Shown piece by piece: positions 10,223-20,059 of a stretch of 64,000 nucleotides of DNA; position 1 is the first letter of the stretch; every line of letters starts with the position of its first letter. Origin of the DNA: an uncultured Actinomycetota bacterium (GTDB lineage: Bacteria; Actinomycetota; Actinomycetes; DATJPE01); the NCBI GenBank assembly GCA_963851405.1, contig CAWKPB010000007.1, positions 268,780 to 332,779 of the forward strand, in the 5' to 3' direction. A program made the position numbers and the translations under genes. The notes beneath the pieces were generated by a model. The model worked only from the letters and a program-made list of their open reading frames with translations. It had not been told where the DNA came from and searched no databases.

Positions 10223-12620
10223 CGCCGGCCTTATCCAACGGGTCATTGCCGTTGCCGCACTTCGGTGACTGGGCACACGACGGGCATCCGGCGGGACAGT
10301 CGCAGGCTTCGAGCGCTGCCAGCGTGGCGGCTAGCCACTCGGGGGCTCGGCGGTAGCCCCGCTCGGCGAAGCCGGCTCCTCCCGCGTGACCGTCGTAGAC
10401 GAAGACCGTTGGTCGCCCGGTGTCGGGGTGATGGCCCGTTGAGAGCCCTCCCACATCCCAACGGTCGCACGTGGCCACCAGCGGGAGCAGCCCGATCGCT
10501 GTGTGCTCCGCCGCGTGGACCGCGCCCGGTACATCACCCGGCTCCAGCGAAGATTCCACGAGCTGGTCGTCCGACACGGTCCACCAGGTCGCGGTCGTGC
10601 GAAGCGAACGCTCGGGCAGTTCCAGAGCCACCTCGCCCAGTACCTCGCCCGTGCCGAGCCTGCGCTTCAGGTAGCTCACCACCCGACTGGTCACCTCCAC
10701 GGAACCCAACGACAGCTGTCCTTGGCCCCACGTCTGGAACTCCTGCTCAGCGATGATCCGCAGATCAGTCGTGGACCTCGCCGAGGTCGTCCAGTCTGGG
10801 GTTGCCTCGTCAATGAGGGCAACACCGTCTTCTAGATCGAGCGAATCGACGAGGAATGAGCGGCCGAGATGGACGTAGACCGCGCCGCGATGCACGGTTC
10901 GGTCCGCCGCCCCTCGGTCGACGGTGCCCACGACGCGACCGGTGGAGCGTTCGACGATCTGAACCGGTGCGCCGCCGGTTCCGCGCAAGTCGGCGAGGTC
11001 CGTGGCCCGCTCCGGACGGGTCCAGTACCAACCGGAGGGCCGGGCGCGGAGCATCCCCTGATCAACTAAGTCCGCGGTGACCTCGCTGGCCCGCGGCCCG
11101 AATTCGGTGAGGTCCGCTGCAGTGAGCGGCAATTCCGCAGCCGCCGCACACAGGTGTGGCGCCAGGACGTGGGGGTTGTCCGGGTCCAGGACGGTTGCCT
11201 CTACGGGCCGCCCGAACACCGCCTCCGGGTGATGGACCAAGTAGGTGTCCAGGGGGTCGTCGCGTGCTATCAGCACGGCTAGGGCCTCCTGCCCCGCTCG
11301 GCCAGCTCGCCCCGCCTGCTGCCACATCGATGACAAGCGGCCGGGCCACCCGGCGATGAGGACAACATCTAGTCCGGTGACGTCCACGCCCAACTCCAGC
11401 GCGCTAGTCGCTGCTACCGCGAGCAGCGCTCCGGTTTGAAGCTCAGCCTCGATCGCGCGACGTTCCTCGGGCAAGTAGCCGGCCCGGTAGGCCGAGACGG
11501 TTCTTCCGAGGGCCTGGTCGACATCCGTCACCTTCTCCTGCGTCATGGTCGCGACGACCTCGGCCCCGCGCCGTGAACGCACGAAAGCCAACGTGCGCGC
11601 ACCTTCGACCACGCAGTCGGTCAACAGATCCGCGGTCTCACTGAGTACGGACCTACGGACCGGTGCTCCGCGTTCTCCGACGAGGTCGGTCAGCGGCGGC
11701 TCCCAGAGCGCGAACTCGGAGGCGGCGCGGGGCGACCCGTCCGCTGTGACAGCCGCGATGGGGGCCCCGATGAGCCGGCTGCCCGCGATTTCAGGGTCGG
11801 CGACCGTAGCGGAGGCCAGGATGAAGACCGGATCGGAGCCGTACCGCCGAGCCACCCGCCGAAGGCGCCTCAGCACCAGGGCGACGTGCGAGCCGAAGAC
11901 CCCGCGGTAAGCGTGGCATTCATCGACGACGACAAAGCGCAGCGAACGCCAGAACGAGGCCCATCGGCTGTGTCCGGGAAGCAGCGCGTGATGCAGCATG
12001 TCGGGGTTGGTCAACACGTAGTTTGCGTGCGCTCGCACCCAGTCCCGCTGCTCGGTGGGCGTATCGCCGTCGTAGGTGGCCGCCCGAACTCCCCGGACGT
12101 CGAGCTCCTCGATCACCCGCCACTGGTCGGCCGCGAGGGCCTTGGTCGGGCTGAGATACAAAACCGTGGCGGCGCGGCCGAGGGCCCCGCCCTCGGTGAT
12201 GGTCGTGAGCGTGGGCAGCAGGTAAGCCACCGACTTGCCTGAGGCGGTGCCGGTGGAGAGCACGACCGAACGCCCCCCGTGCGCATGCTCGGCCGTGCTC
12301 ACCTGGTGGGCGTACGGCCGTCGGATCCCCACGCCGGTAAGAGCCGCGATCACCTCGGGGTTCCCCCAGTCCGGCCAGGCCGCATGGGCCGCCGGCCGGG
12401 CTGGGATCTGCTGCACATGAGTGAGCCGATCAACGCGAGCAGGAGTGAGCAGCCGTGTGAGCAAGGGCCCCGGCGTCGGGGCGGCGTCTGGTGAAGGGGT
12501 GAGGGACACGTCCCAGGCATCTTCGCACCGGGGTGGTTGAATCTCCTCGCACGTCTTCACCAGGAACGGAGGCAGCGACGTGGACCTGACCTTGGCCACG
12601 CAAACACGTGGCGACTTCAT
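10170..12620 (-). CDS. DEAD/DEAH-box ATP-dependent helicase with C-terminal DUF1998 4-Cys module (Lhr-like; mycobacterial Rv3649-like); likely true start is the GTG at 12509
   Basis: Motif I GTASGKS, DEAH box VVDECH, motif [13 protein letters not shown]-terminal [20 protein letters not shown]. The longest ORF start (12620) would overlap the divergent STAS gene by 41 nt. The in-frame GTG at 12509 avoids this. Confidence 0.9.
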   Translation of the reverse strand: MKSPRVCVAKVRSTSLPPFLVKTCEEIQPPRCEDAWDVSLTPSPDAAPTPGPLLTRLLTPARVDRLTHVQQIPARPAAHAAWPDWGNPEVIAALTGVGIRRPYAHQVSTAEHAHGGRSVVLSTGTASGKSVAYLLPTLTTITEGGALGRAATVLYLSPTKALAADQWRVIEELDVRGVRAATYDGDTPTEQRDWVRAHANYVLTNPDMLHHALLPGHSRWASFWRSLRFVVVDECHAYRGVFGSHVALVLRRLRRVARRYGSDPVFILASATVADPEIAGSRLIGAPIAAVTADGSPRAASEFALWEPPLTDLVGERGAPVRRSVLSETADLLTDCVVEGARTLAFVRSRRGAEVVATMTQEKVTDVDQALGRTVSAYRAGYLPEERRAIEAELQTGALLAVAATSALELGVDVTGLDVVLIAGWPGRLSSMWQQAGRAGRAGQEALAVLIARDDPLDTYLVHHPEAVFGRPVEATVLDPDNPHVLAPHLCAAAAELPLTAADLTEFGPRASEVTADLVDQGMLRARPSGWYWTRPERATDLADLRGTGGAPVQIVERSTGRVVGTVDRGAADRTVHRGAVYVHLGRSFLVDSLDLEDGVALIDEATPDWTTSARSTTDLRIIAEQEFQTWGQGQLSLGSVEVTSRVVSYLKRRLGTGEVLGEVALELPERSLRTTATWWTVSDDQLVESSLEPGDVPGAVHAAEHTAIGLLPLVATCDRWDVGGLSTGHHPDTGRPTVFVYDGHAGGAGFAERGYRRAPEWLAATLAALEACDCPAGCPSCAQSPKCGNGNDPLDKAGATRLLRALLRGRPANAP

Positions 12621-12921
12621 CGTGATCGCCGTGGGCGGCGAGATCGACGTCTACACCGCCCCCCAACTCAGGGAGCTCGTGGTCGGGCTGGTTGACGAGG
12701 GTCAGGTGCAGTTGATCTGCGACCTCTCGGAGGTGCAGTTCCTCGATTCCACTGGGCTGGGCGTGCTGGTCGGCGCGCTCAACCGGGTCCGAGCGCACGA
12801 AGGAACCCTGTCCCTGGTGGTGACCGAGGAACGCATCCTGAAGGTCTTCGAGATCACCGGTCTTCGCAAGGTCTTTCCCATCCACGCGACCGTCGACGCG
12901 GCCCTCGAACTCCGCGACTGA
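12580..12921 (+). CDS. anti-sigma factor antagonist (STAS domain, RsbV/SpoIIAA-like)
   Basis: 113 aa; [13 protein letters not shown] with a phosphorylatable Ser/Thr context; typical size. Confidence 0.85.
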   Translation: MDLTLATQTRGDFIVIAVGGEIDVYTAPQLRELVVGLVDEGQVQLICDLSEVQFLDSTGLGVLVGALNRVRAHEGTLSLVVTEERILKVFEITGLRKVFPIHATVDAALELRD

Positions 12922-12937
12922 TCGGGCGACGCGCTCC

Positions 12938-13447
12938 GTGGCCGCCGTTGAGCTCGTCCTGGCAGCACTCCCCTCGCACGTACGCACAGCGAGGCTGGTC
13001 GCTGCAGCCCTTGGCCGCCGTGCCGGGCTGACTGAGGCCATTCTCGACGATGTGCGTCTGGCGGTCGGAGAGGCGACTTCTCGGGCTGTCGGCCTGCACG
13101 GGACCGTGTGCCCACAGGATTCGATCATCGTCAGATTCGTCGATGACGACGGAGGACAATTCGTCGTTGAAGTCGTCGATCGGGCGCCACTCGCGGCGCC
13201 GCCCACCGGGGCGCAGGCGCACGATCTGGCCCTGGCGGCGCTCGCCGCGCATGGCGACGAGCTGGAAAAAACCCAAGGGGGGGCGCTTCCGCCCTCCATC
13301 GGGCTGGCGGTCATCGAAGGCCTGGTGGACGACGTCTCTATCCGTCCTGAAGGGCCTGGATCGGTGATTCGCCTGGGCTGGTCGAAACCGGTCACCAACC
13401 AGTCGACCAACCGCCCGGTTTCGAGATCGGGCCCGTCTTCTGCGTAG
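12938..13447 (+). CDS. anti-sigma regulatory factor (RsbW-like HATPase serine kinase)
   Basis: 169 aa; VRLAVGEATSRAV resembles the RsbW/SpoIIAB N-box; GPGSVIRLGW near the C-terminus; directly downstream of the STAS gene. Confidence 0.7.
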   Translation: MAAVELVLAALPSHVRTARLVAAALGRRAGLTEAILDDVRLAVGEATSRAVGLHGTVCPQDSIIVRFVDDDGGQFVVEVVDRAPLAAPPTGAQAHDLALAALAAHGDELEKTQGGALPPSIGLAVIEGLVDDVSIRPEGPGSVIRLGWSKPVTNQSTNRPVSRSGPSSA

Positions 13448-13568
13448 ACTCCGCCCGCCGGCTGTGCGTCATGGACTATTCCTGCACGCTGCAGGTACGG
13501 CGACGTTTGGTGGCTCCGCGTGCGCTGGGGCACCTCGTCACGACCGTCCGAATCACTGAGGAGAACTA

Positions 13569-15908
13569 ATGACCGGGATCACCCTCGTCGCCGACGGCGA
13601 GATGGAATCCGTCATCTCGAGCAACTTGACGATTGTGGCCGTCATCGCCGTCATCGCGCTCGCAGCGCTAGGTGTGGCCGCGTGGCTGGTCCGCGAGGTC
13701 CTGGCGGCCGACGCTGGCACGCCGAAGATGCAGAAGATCGCGGAAGCCGTTCAGGAGGGCGCAGCCGCGTACCTCAACCGGCAGTTCCGGACGTTGTCGA
13801 TCTTTGCCATCTTGGTCTTCTTCTTGTTGTTCTTGCTTCCGGCTGAGTCCGGCAGCGAGCGGATCGGTCGGTCGATCTTCTTCCTGGTCGGTGCCTCGTT
13901 CTCGGCGATCACCGGCTATATGGGCATGTGGCTGGCCGTGCGCGGAAACGTGCGCGTGGCCTCGGCTGCGAACACCTCGGGCGCTCAGCGGGCCACTCGG
14001 ATCGCCTTCCGCACCGGCGGCGTCGCTGGGATGTTCACCGTCGGCCTGGGCCTGTTCGGCGCTGCGCTCGTGGTGCTCGTCTACAAGGCGGACGCCCCGA
14101 AGGTGCTTGAGGGCTTCGGGTTCGGCGCCGCCATGCTGGCGATGTTCATGCGAGTTGGCGGCGGGATCTTCACGAAGGCTGCTGACGTGGGTGCCGACCT
14201 GGTCGGCAAGGTCGAGCAGGGCATCCCCGAGGACGACCCGCGCAACGCAGCCACCATCGCGGACAACGTCGGCGACAACGTGGGTGACTGCGCCGGTATG
14301 GCCGCCGACCTCTTCGAGTCCTATGCAGTGACGCTGGTCGCGGCTCTGATTCTCGGGCAGGCCGCGTGGGGTCAGTCGGGCCTCGTGTTCCCGTTGATCG
14401 TCCCTGCCATCGGTGTCATCACCGCGGTCATCGGGATCTTCGCCGTGTCCCCGCGGCCCAACGACAAGAGCGGCATGGCCGCCATTAACCGAGGCTTCTT
14501 CATCTCCGCGCTCGCTTCCGCAGTCCTCGTCGCTGTCGCGGCCTACTGGTACCTACCGGCCAAGGTCTCGCTCCTGCGCGGTGTGGTGACCACCGAGGGC
14601 TCGGTCTTCTTTGTGGTGCGCGACATGAACCCGCGGCTGTTCGCCATCGCCGCCGTACTCATCGGCATCATCTTGGCTGCGGTGATCCAGGTGCTGACCG
14701 GCTACTTCACCGAGACCAACCGTCGCCCGGTAGACGACGTGGCCAAGACCTCGCTCACCGGTCCGGCGACGGTGATCCTGTCCGGGATCTCCTTGGGTCT
14801 TGAGTCAGCGGTCTACTCCGCTTTGGTGATTGCCACTGCTGTGTACGCGGCTTACCTGCTTGGTGGCGGCGTACTGATCATGTCGCTGTTCGCCATCGCC
14901 TTGGCCGGTACCGGTTTGCTGACCACGGTCGGCGTCATCGTGTCGATGGACACCTTTGGCCCGGTCTCCGACAACGCACAGGGAATCGCCGAGATGTCCG
15001 GCGACGTGACCGAAGAGGGCGCCGCGGTGCTGACCTCGCTCGACGCCGTGGGCAACACCACCAAGGCCATCACCAAGGGCATCGCCATCGCCACCGCGGT
15101 GCTAGCTGCGACCGCGCTGTTCGGCGCCTTCACCGACGCCGTGGCCAAGTCCCTGGCGGAGGTCGGTGTCGAGCCGGGTTCACTCAGCGGCTTTGCTGCC
15201 TTGAACCTGTCGCTGAACGTGGCTAACCCCAACGTCCTTGTCGGGTTGATCATCGGTGCCGCCGTCGTGTTCTTGTTCTCTGGGTTGGCGATCAACGCGG
15301 TGTCGCGAGCAGCTGGCGCGGTGATCTTCGAGGTGCGGCGCCAGTTCCGCGAGCACCCCGGGATCATGGAGGGCACCGAATTGCCGGAGTACGGCCGCGT
15401 GGTCGACATCGTCACCCGCGACTCGCTCCGCGAACTCATCACCCCTGGGTTGCTCGCGGTCCTGACCCCTGTTGCGGTCGGCTTCGCCCTCGGGATCGGG
15501 TCCATCGCGGCCTTCCTCGCCGGTGCCATCGCCTGTGGCACCCTGATGGCGGTATTCCTCGCCAACTCCGGTGGCGCCTGGGACAACGCGAAGAAGTTCG
15601 TGGAGGACGGGCACCACGGCGGCAAGGGTTCCGAGGCGCACGCGGCCACGGTCATCGGCGACACCGTCGGGGACCCGTTCAAGGACACCGCTGGCCCCGC
15701 CATCAACCCGCTGCTGAAGGTCATGAACCTGGTAGCGCTGCTTATTGCGCCAGCGATCGTCCAACTGAGCTATGGCGCCGACGCCAACGTGACTTTGCGT
15801 TGGGTCATTGCGCTGGTGTCCGTGGGCATCATCGTGGGTGCCGTGGCCATCTCCAAGCGCCGCCCGATCGCCGTGGGCGACGCCGCCGAACCCGCCAACG
15901 CCCCCTGA
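13569..15908 (+). CDS. hppA: K+-insensitive pyrophosphate-energized proton pump (membrane H+-PPase)
   Basis: 779 aa polytopic protein; conserved GGG(I/L)FTKAADVGADLVGK and DNVGDNVGD motifs. Confidence 0.95.
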   Translation: MTGITLVADGEMESVISSNLTIVAVIAVIALAALGVAAWLVREVLAADAGTPKMQKIAEAVQEGAAAYLNRQFRTLSIFAILVFFLLFLLPAESGSERIGRSIFFLVGASFSAITGYMGMWLAVRGNVRVASAANTSGAQRATRIAFRTGGVAGMFTVGLGLFGAALVVLVYKADAPKVLEGFGFGAAMLAMFMRVGGGIFTKAADVGADLVGKVEQGIPEDDPRNAATIADNVGDNVGDCAGMAADLFESYAVTLVAALILGQAAWGQSGLVFPLIVPAIGVITAVIGIFAVSPRPNDKSGMAAINRGFFISALASAVLVAVAAYWYLPAKVSLLRGVVTTEGSVFFVVRDMNPRLFAIAAVLIGIILAAVIQVLTGYFTETNRRPVDDVAKTSLTGPATVILSGISLGLESAVYSALVIATAVYAAYLLGGGVLIMSLFAIALAGTGLLTTVGVIVSMDTFGPVSDNAQGIAEMSGDVTEEGAAVLTSLDAVGNTTKAITKGIAIATAVLAATALFGAFTDAVAKSLAEVGVEPGSLSGFAALNLSLNVANPNVLVGLIIGAAVVFLFSGLAINAVSRAAGAVIFEVRRQFREHPGIMEGTELPEYGRVVDIVTRDSLRELITPGLLAVLTPVAVGFALGIGSIAAFLAGAIACGTLMAVFLANSGGAWDNAKKFVEDGHHGGKGSEAHAATVIGDTVGDPFKDTAGPAINPLLKVMNLVALLIAPAIVQLSYGADANVTLRWVIALVSVGIIVGAVAISKRRPIAVGDAAEPANAP

Positions 15909-15988
15909 CCCACCCGGAAGGGGGGACCCGCGGTTGCTCGCGCAGCAGCGGACTTCCCCATTCCGAGACCGAATCCACTGAGGAGACC

Positions 15989-18628
15989 GTGGTAGACAGC
16001 AACCGCAGGACGCTGGTGATCGTTGAGTCGCCTGCCAAGGCGAAGACGATCGCGGGGTACCTCGGCCCTGGCTACGAGGTCGAAGCAAGCATCGGTCACA
16101 TTCGGGACCTACCGACCCCGAGCGAGCTCCCGGCTGAAGAAAAGAAGGGCCGGTTCGGGAAGTTCGCTGTCGACGTGGATCAGGGCTTCGAGCCGTACTA
16201 CGTGGTCGACGCCGACAAGAAGAAGAAGGTCGCGGAGCTCCGCCGCAAGCTCAAGGACGCCGACGAACTGCTGCTCGCCACAGACGAGGACCGCGAGGGC
16301 GAGGCCATCGCCTGGCACCTGCTCCAGGTGTTGGACCCCAAGGTCCCCGTGCGGCGGATGGTCTTTCATGAGATCACCCGGGATGCGATTCTGCAGGCGG
16401 TCGCCGACACCCGAGACCTCGACCAGCGGCTCGTCGACGCCCAAGAGACGCGACGGATCCTGGACCGGTTGTACGGCTACGAGGTCAGCCCGGTCTTGTG
16501 GCGCAAGGTCCGCGCCGGGCTGTCCGCCGGGCGCGTGCAGTCCGTCGCCACCCGATTGGTCGTAGAGCGCGAACGCGAACGCATGGCCTTCGTGCGGGCC
16601 GACTACTGGGACTTCGAAGGAGTGTTCGAGCCCGGCGCGTTCACCGCGCGACTGGTTAGTGTTGACGGCGCGAAGGTGGCCAGTGGCCGCGACTTCAATG
16701 ATCGTGGCCAGCTGAAGAACGCTGCCGCCGTCGTCCTGGACGAAGACTCGGCTCGGTCGTTGGTGGCCGGGCTCGTCGACCGGCCCTTCACGGTTCGCTC
16801 GGTGGAGGAGAAGCCGTACCGCAGGTCTCCTGCCGCCCCCTTTATGACGTCCACGCTGCAGCAGGAAGCCAGCCGGAAGTTGCGCATGTCCAGCCAGGTC
16901 GCCATGCGCGTGGCCCAACGGTTGTACGAGAACGGCCACATCACCTATATGCGGACCGACTCCACGACGCTGTCTGGATCGGCCATTGCGGCCGCGCGCG
17001 CTGCGGCCGCACAGATCTTCGGCGCAGACAATGTGGCCGACTCGCCCCGGCAGTACACGCGCAAGGTCAAGAACGCCCAGGAGGCGCATGAGGCGATCCG
17101 GCCGTCTGGAGATGCCTTCCGCACGCCCGGTGAGTTGGCCGGAGAGGTCAGCCCAGACGAGCTTGCGTTGTACGACCTCATCTGGAAGCGGACTGTGGCC
17201 TCACAGATGTCCGACGCTCGCGGCAATACCGTGTCTTTGCGACTGGGGGCGCTCGCTCTTGACGGACGAGATGCCGAATTGTCTGCGTCAGGCACGGTCA
17301 TCACTCACCGTGGATTCCTCGCGGCCTACGAGGAGGGCAGGGACGAACCCGTCAGCGAAGAGACCGAACGCCGATTGCCGCCGCTGGCCGTCGGGGACGC
17401 GGTTACCGCGGTCAGCCTTGAGGCCGACGGGCACCAGACCCAGCCGCCGGCACGGTTCACTGAGGCCACGTTGGTTAAGGCGCTGGAGGAGCGGGGAATC
17501 GGACGGCCATCGACGTACGCCGCGACGCTGTCCGTGATCTTGGACCGTGGGTATGTGTTCAAGAAGGGCACGGCGCTCGTCCCAACCTGGCTGGCCTTTG
17601 CAGTCACGAAACTTCTCGAGCAACAGTTCAGCGACCTCGTGGACTACGACTTCACCGCGCAGATGGAATCCGACCTGGACCGCATCGCCGCGGGGGAGGC
17701 CGAACGAAGCGCGTGGCTGCACGACTTCTACTTTGGCGTGCCCGACGCCCCCGAGGGCTCCATGCACGGCCTCAAGGCGCTGGTCGACGATCTCGGTGAC
17801 ATTGACGCTCGCGAGATCAACACCGTGCCGATTGGCGCAGGCATCTCGCTGCGCGTGGGCCGCTATGGCCCGTACCTCGAGCGCGGGGAGGAACGAGCTT
17901 CGGTCCCCGAGACGCTTCCCCCTGACGAACTCACGTTGCCCTACGCGGAGGAGTTGCTCGCGGCCCCCTCCGGCGATCGAGACCTGGGCGCCGACCCGGC
18001 GACCGGACGAGCGATCGTGGCCAAGTCGGGCCGCTACGGCCCGTACGTGACCGAGGTCTTGGCCGACGATGCACCCAAGGCGGCCAAGCCACGGACCGGG
18101 TCACTGTTCAAGGACATGAGTCTGGACACGGTCACCCTCGAGGACGCACTGCGCCTGTTGTCCTTGCCTCGCGTCGTCGGGATCGACCCAGCGGACGAGG
18201 TCGAGATCACCGCTCAGAACGGCCGCTACGGCCCGTACCTGAAGAAGGGCGCCGACTCGCGTTCACTCGAGCGTGAGGACCAGTTGCTCTCCATCACCCT
18301 CGATGAGGCGTTGGCCATCTACGCCCAACCAAAGACGCACGGCCGTCGGGCCGCGGCCGCCCCGTTGCGCGAGCTCGGTCCCGACCCCGTCAGTGGGAAA
18401 CCGATTGTGGTGAAGGACGGGCGGTTTGGCGCCTACGTCACGGACGGGGAGACGAACGCGACACTGCGCAGCGCTGACTCGGTGGAAAACATCTCCCTGG
18501 AGCGAGCCGTGGATCTGATTGCTGAGAAGCGTGCGAAGGGGCCATCGAAGAAGTCGGGCCGTCGCCCTGCGAAGAAGACCGCCAAGAAGGCCGCGAAGAA
18601 GACGGCGAAGAAGACCGCCAAGAAGTAG
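15989..18628 (+). CDS. topA: DNA topoisomerase I with lysine-repeat C-terminal tail
   Basis: GTG at 15989 after gaggag; TOPRIM LVIVESPAKAKTI; catalytic region ...HITYMRTDST; C-terminal KKTAKKAAKKTAKKTAKK. Confidence 0.95.
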   Translation: MVDSNRRTLVIVESPAKAKTIAGYLGPGYEVEASIGHIRDLPTPSELPAEEKKGRFGKFAVDVDQGFEPYYVVDADKKKKVAELRRKLKDADELLLATDEDREGEAIAWHLLQVLDPKVPVRRMVFHEITRDAILQAVADTRDLDQRLVDAQETRRILDRLYGYEVSPVLWRKVRAGLSAGRVQSVATRLVVERERERMAFVRADYWDFEGVFEPGAFTARLVSVDGAKVASGRDFNDRGQLKNAAAVVLDEDSARSLVAGLVDRPFTVRSVEEKPYRRSPAAPFMTSTLQQEASRKLRMSSQVAMRVAQRLYENGHITYMRTDSTTLSGSAIAAARAAAAQIFGADNVADSPRQYTRKVKNAQEAHEAIRPSGDAFRTPGELAGEVSPDELALYDLIWKRTVASQMSDARGNTVSLRLGALALDGRDAELSASGTVITHRGFLAAYEEGRDEPVSEETERRLPPLAVGDAVTAVSLEADGHQTQPPARFTEATLVKALEERGIGRPSTYAATLSVILDRGYVFKKGTALVPTWLAFAVTKLLEQQFSDLVDYDFTAQMESDLDRIAAGEAERSAWLHDFYFGVPDAPEGSMHGLKALVDDLGDIDAREINTVPIGAGISLRVGRYGPYLERGEERASVPETLPPDELTLPYAEELLAAPSGDRDLGADPATGRAIVAKSGRYGPYVTEVLADDAPKAAKPRTGSLFKDMSLDTVTLEDALRLLSLPRVVGIDPADEVEITAQNGRYGPYLKKGADSRSLEREDQLLSITLDEALAIYAQPKTHGRRAAAAPLRELGPDPVSGKPIVVKDGRFGAYVTDGETNATLRSADSVENISLERAVDLIAEKRAKGPSKKSGRRPAKKTAKKAAKKTAKKTAKK
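18548..18628 (+). repeat. 12-nt periodic AAGAAG-rich tandem repeat encoding the TopA (K-K-T/A-A)n tail
   Basis: Sequence gcgaagaagaccgccaagaaggccgcgaagaagacggcgaagaagaccgccaagaag. Confidence 0.7.
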
Positions 18629-18656
18629 GACATGTTCTCCGCGCAGGCGCTATGGC

Positions 18657-19262
18657 TCAGTCCTCGCCGTCGTGGCTCTCCAGGACCGGCTTGCCGTTTG
18701 AGCATCGGATCTTGACCTCGGTCTCCTGGTCACCAGAGCGGAACGTGATCTCCAACTCCTTCGGTCCACGGTCGTGCACCTCCACCCGCCAGCCATCGTT
18801 GGGCGCTGCAGACTTCAACGTGATGGCCGACCCGGCGCACGACGCTGCGACGGTGCCGCCCGCCACCGCGAAGGTCGCGCTCGCGGATGGCTGAGGCTGG
18901 GTCGTCTTTGAGGGCTTCGGCTTCGGGGTCGGGGACGGTTTGGGCGTGGGCTTCGTCGACGGCTTGGTCGCTGGCTGGTTGTTGTTACCAGTGGGCTTCT
19001 GGGTGGCGGCAGGCTTGGAGGTCGCCGAAGGCGACTTCTTCGCTCCTTTGGGCTTGTCCACCTTGGCTGGCTGGGGAGTCGGAGCGGGCGACGCAGTGGC
19101 GACCGCAGAAGAGACGGCCGCGGCGGAGAGGATCTTCGCTTGGGTTCCGCCGACTTCGACAGCCACGATCTGGACCGCGAGAAATGCGGTCGTGCTCAGA
19201 ATCGCGGTCAGGGCCACCCACACCGCCACGAGTCCAAGGGGAGCCAAACGCATGCCTCCCAC
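18657..19262 (-). CDS. membrane-anchored protein with Pro/Thr/Lys-rich linker and small 2-Cys C-terminal domain (hypothetical)
   Basis: N-terminal TM helix LAPLGLVAVWVALTAIL, then low-complexity PKPSPTPKPKPSKT, then a roughly 75-aa beta-like C-terminal region. Confidence 0.5.
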   Translation of the reverse strand: MGGMRLAPLGLVAVWVALTAILSTTAFLAVQIVAVEVGGTQAKILSAAAVSSAVATASPAPTPQPAKVDKPKGAKKSPSATSKPAATQKPTGNNNQPATKPSTKPTPKPSPTPKPKPSKTTQPQPSASATFAVAGGTVAASCAGSAITLKSAAPNDGWRVEVHDRGPKELEITFRSGDQETEVKIRCSNGKPVLESHDGED

Positions 19263-19375
19263 TGTGCCTGACTCCGTCGCTGTGGCTGGTTAAGCCTTCG
19301 TCAAGCCCGTAGCAAAGCCGTGTTGCAGGGCCAGGTGAGCGCATTGAGTGGCCCCGGACGCTTTAGCGTGGGCGG

Positions 19376-20059
19376 GTGCCTTCCATTCTCCTCGTCGAGG
19401 ACGACCCCTCCATCCGTACCTCGTTGGTACGAGCGCTCGGCGAGCGTGGCCACACCGTCGTCAGTGCTCCGACCGCCATGGCGGGGTTGCATGCCGCGGT
19501 CGAAGAGCGCCCTGACGTCGTGCTGCTCGACCTAGGGCTTCCGGACCTCGATGGTGGGACGCTGCTGCAGATGCTTCGGGCTGTGAGCCAGGTGCCGGTC
19601 GTGGTGATTACCGCCCGCGACGACGAGGCTGAGATCGTCCGGCTCCTCGACCAAGGTGCTGATGACTACGTGGTCAAGCCGTTCAGAGCCGATCAGCTGG
19701 ACGCGCGAATCCGGGCCGTTCTTCGCAGGGCCTCGGCCACGGAGCCGATGAAGCCTCTTGAAGTCGGTGGCCTCGTGATCGATGTGAGGACTCGTGTCGT
19801 GACCCTGGACGGGGCCGAGTTGGCGTTGAGCCGCAAGGAGTTTGACCTGCTGGCCTACCTGGCCGCCCGACCCGGCGAAGTCGTGTCCAAGCGCGAACTG
19901 CTCGCTGAGGTCTGGCAGCAGCCCTTCGGCGGCGGGGATCGAACCGTGGACGTGCACGTGTCGTGGCTGCGCCGCAAGCTTGGCGAGCGAGCGGATGCTC
20001 CTCGCTACATCATCAGCGTTCGGGGTGTAGGGCTCCGGTTGGTCGACCCGGACGCATGA
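19376..20059 (+). CDS. OmpR-family response regulator
   Basis: Receiver domain ILLVEDDPSIRTSL with phospho-acceptor LLDLGLPDLDG and winged-helix C-terminus ...YIISVRGVGLRL. Confidence 0.9.
   Translation: MPSILLVEDDPSIRTSLVRALGERGHTVVSAPTAMAGLHAAVEERPDVVLLDLGLPDLDGGTLLQMLRAVSQVPVVVITARDDEAEIVRLLDQGADDYVVKPFRADQLDARIRAVLRRASATEPMKPLEVGGLVIDVRTRVVTLDGAELALSRKEFDLLAYLAARPGEVVSKRELLAEVWQQPFGGGDRTVDVHVSWLRRKLGERADAPRYIISVRGVGLRLVDPDA

Noticed and set aside
15180-17089. 302-aa and 326-aa minus-strand ORFs
   Set aside because: They are antisense to hppA and topA, which have unambiguous signatures.
18548-18628. Short periodic repeat considered as a possible CRISPR-like or minisatellite array
   Set aside because: It is in frame inside topA and encodes the expected lysine-rich tail. 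The 12-nt unit has no spacers.
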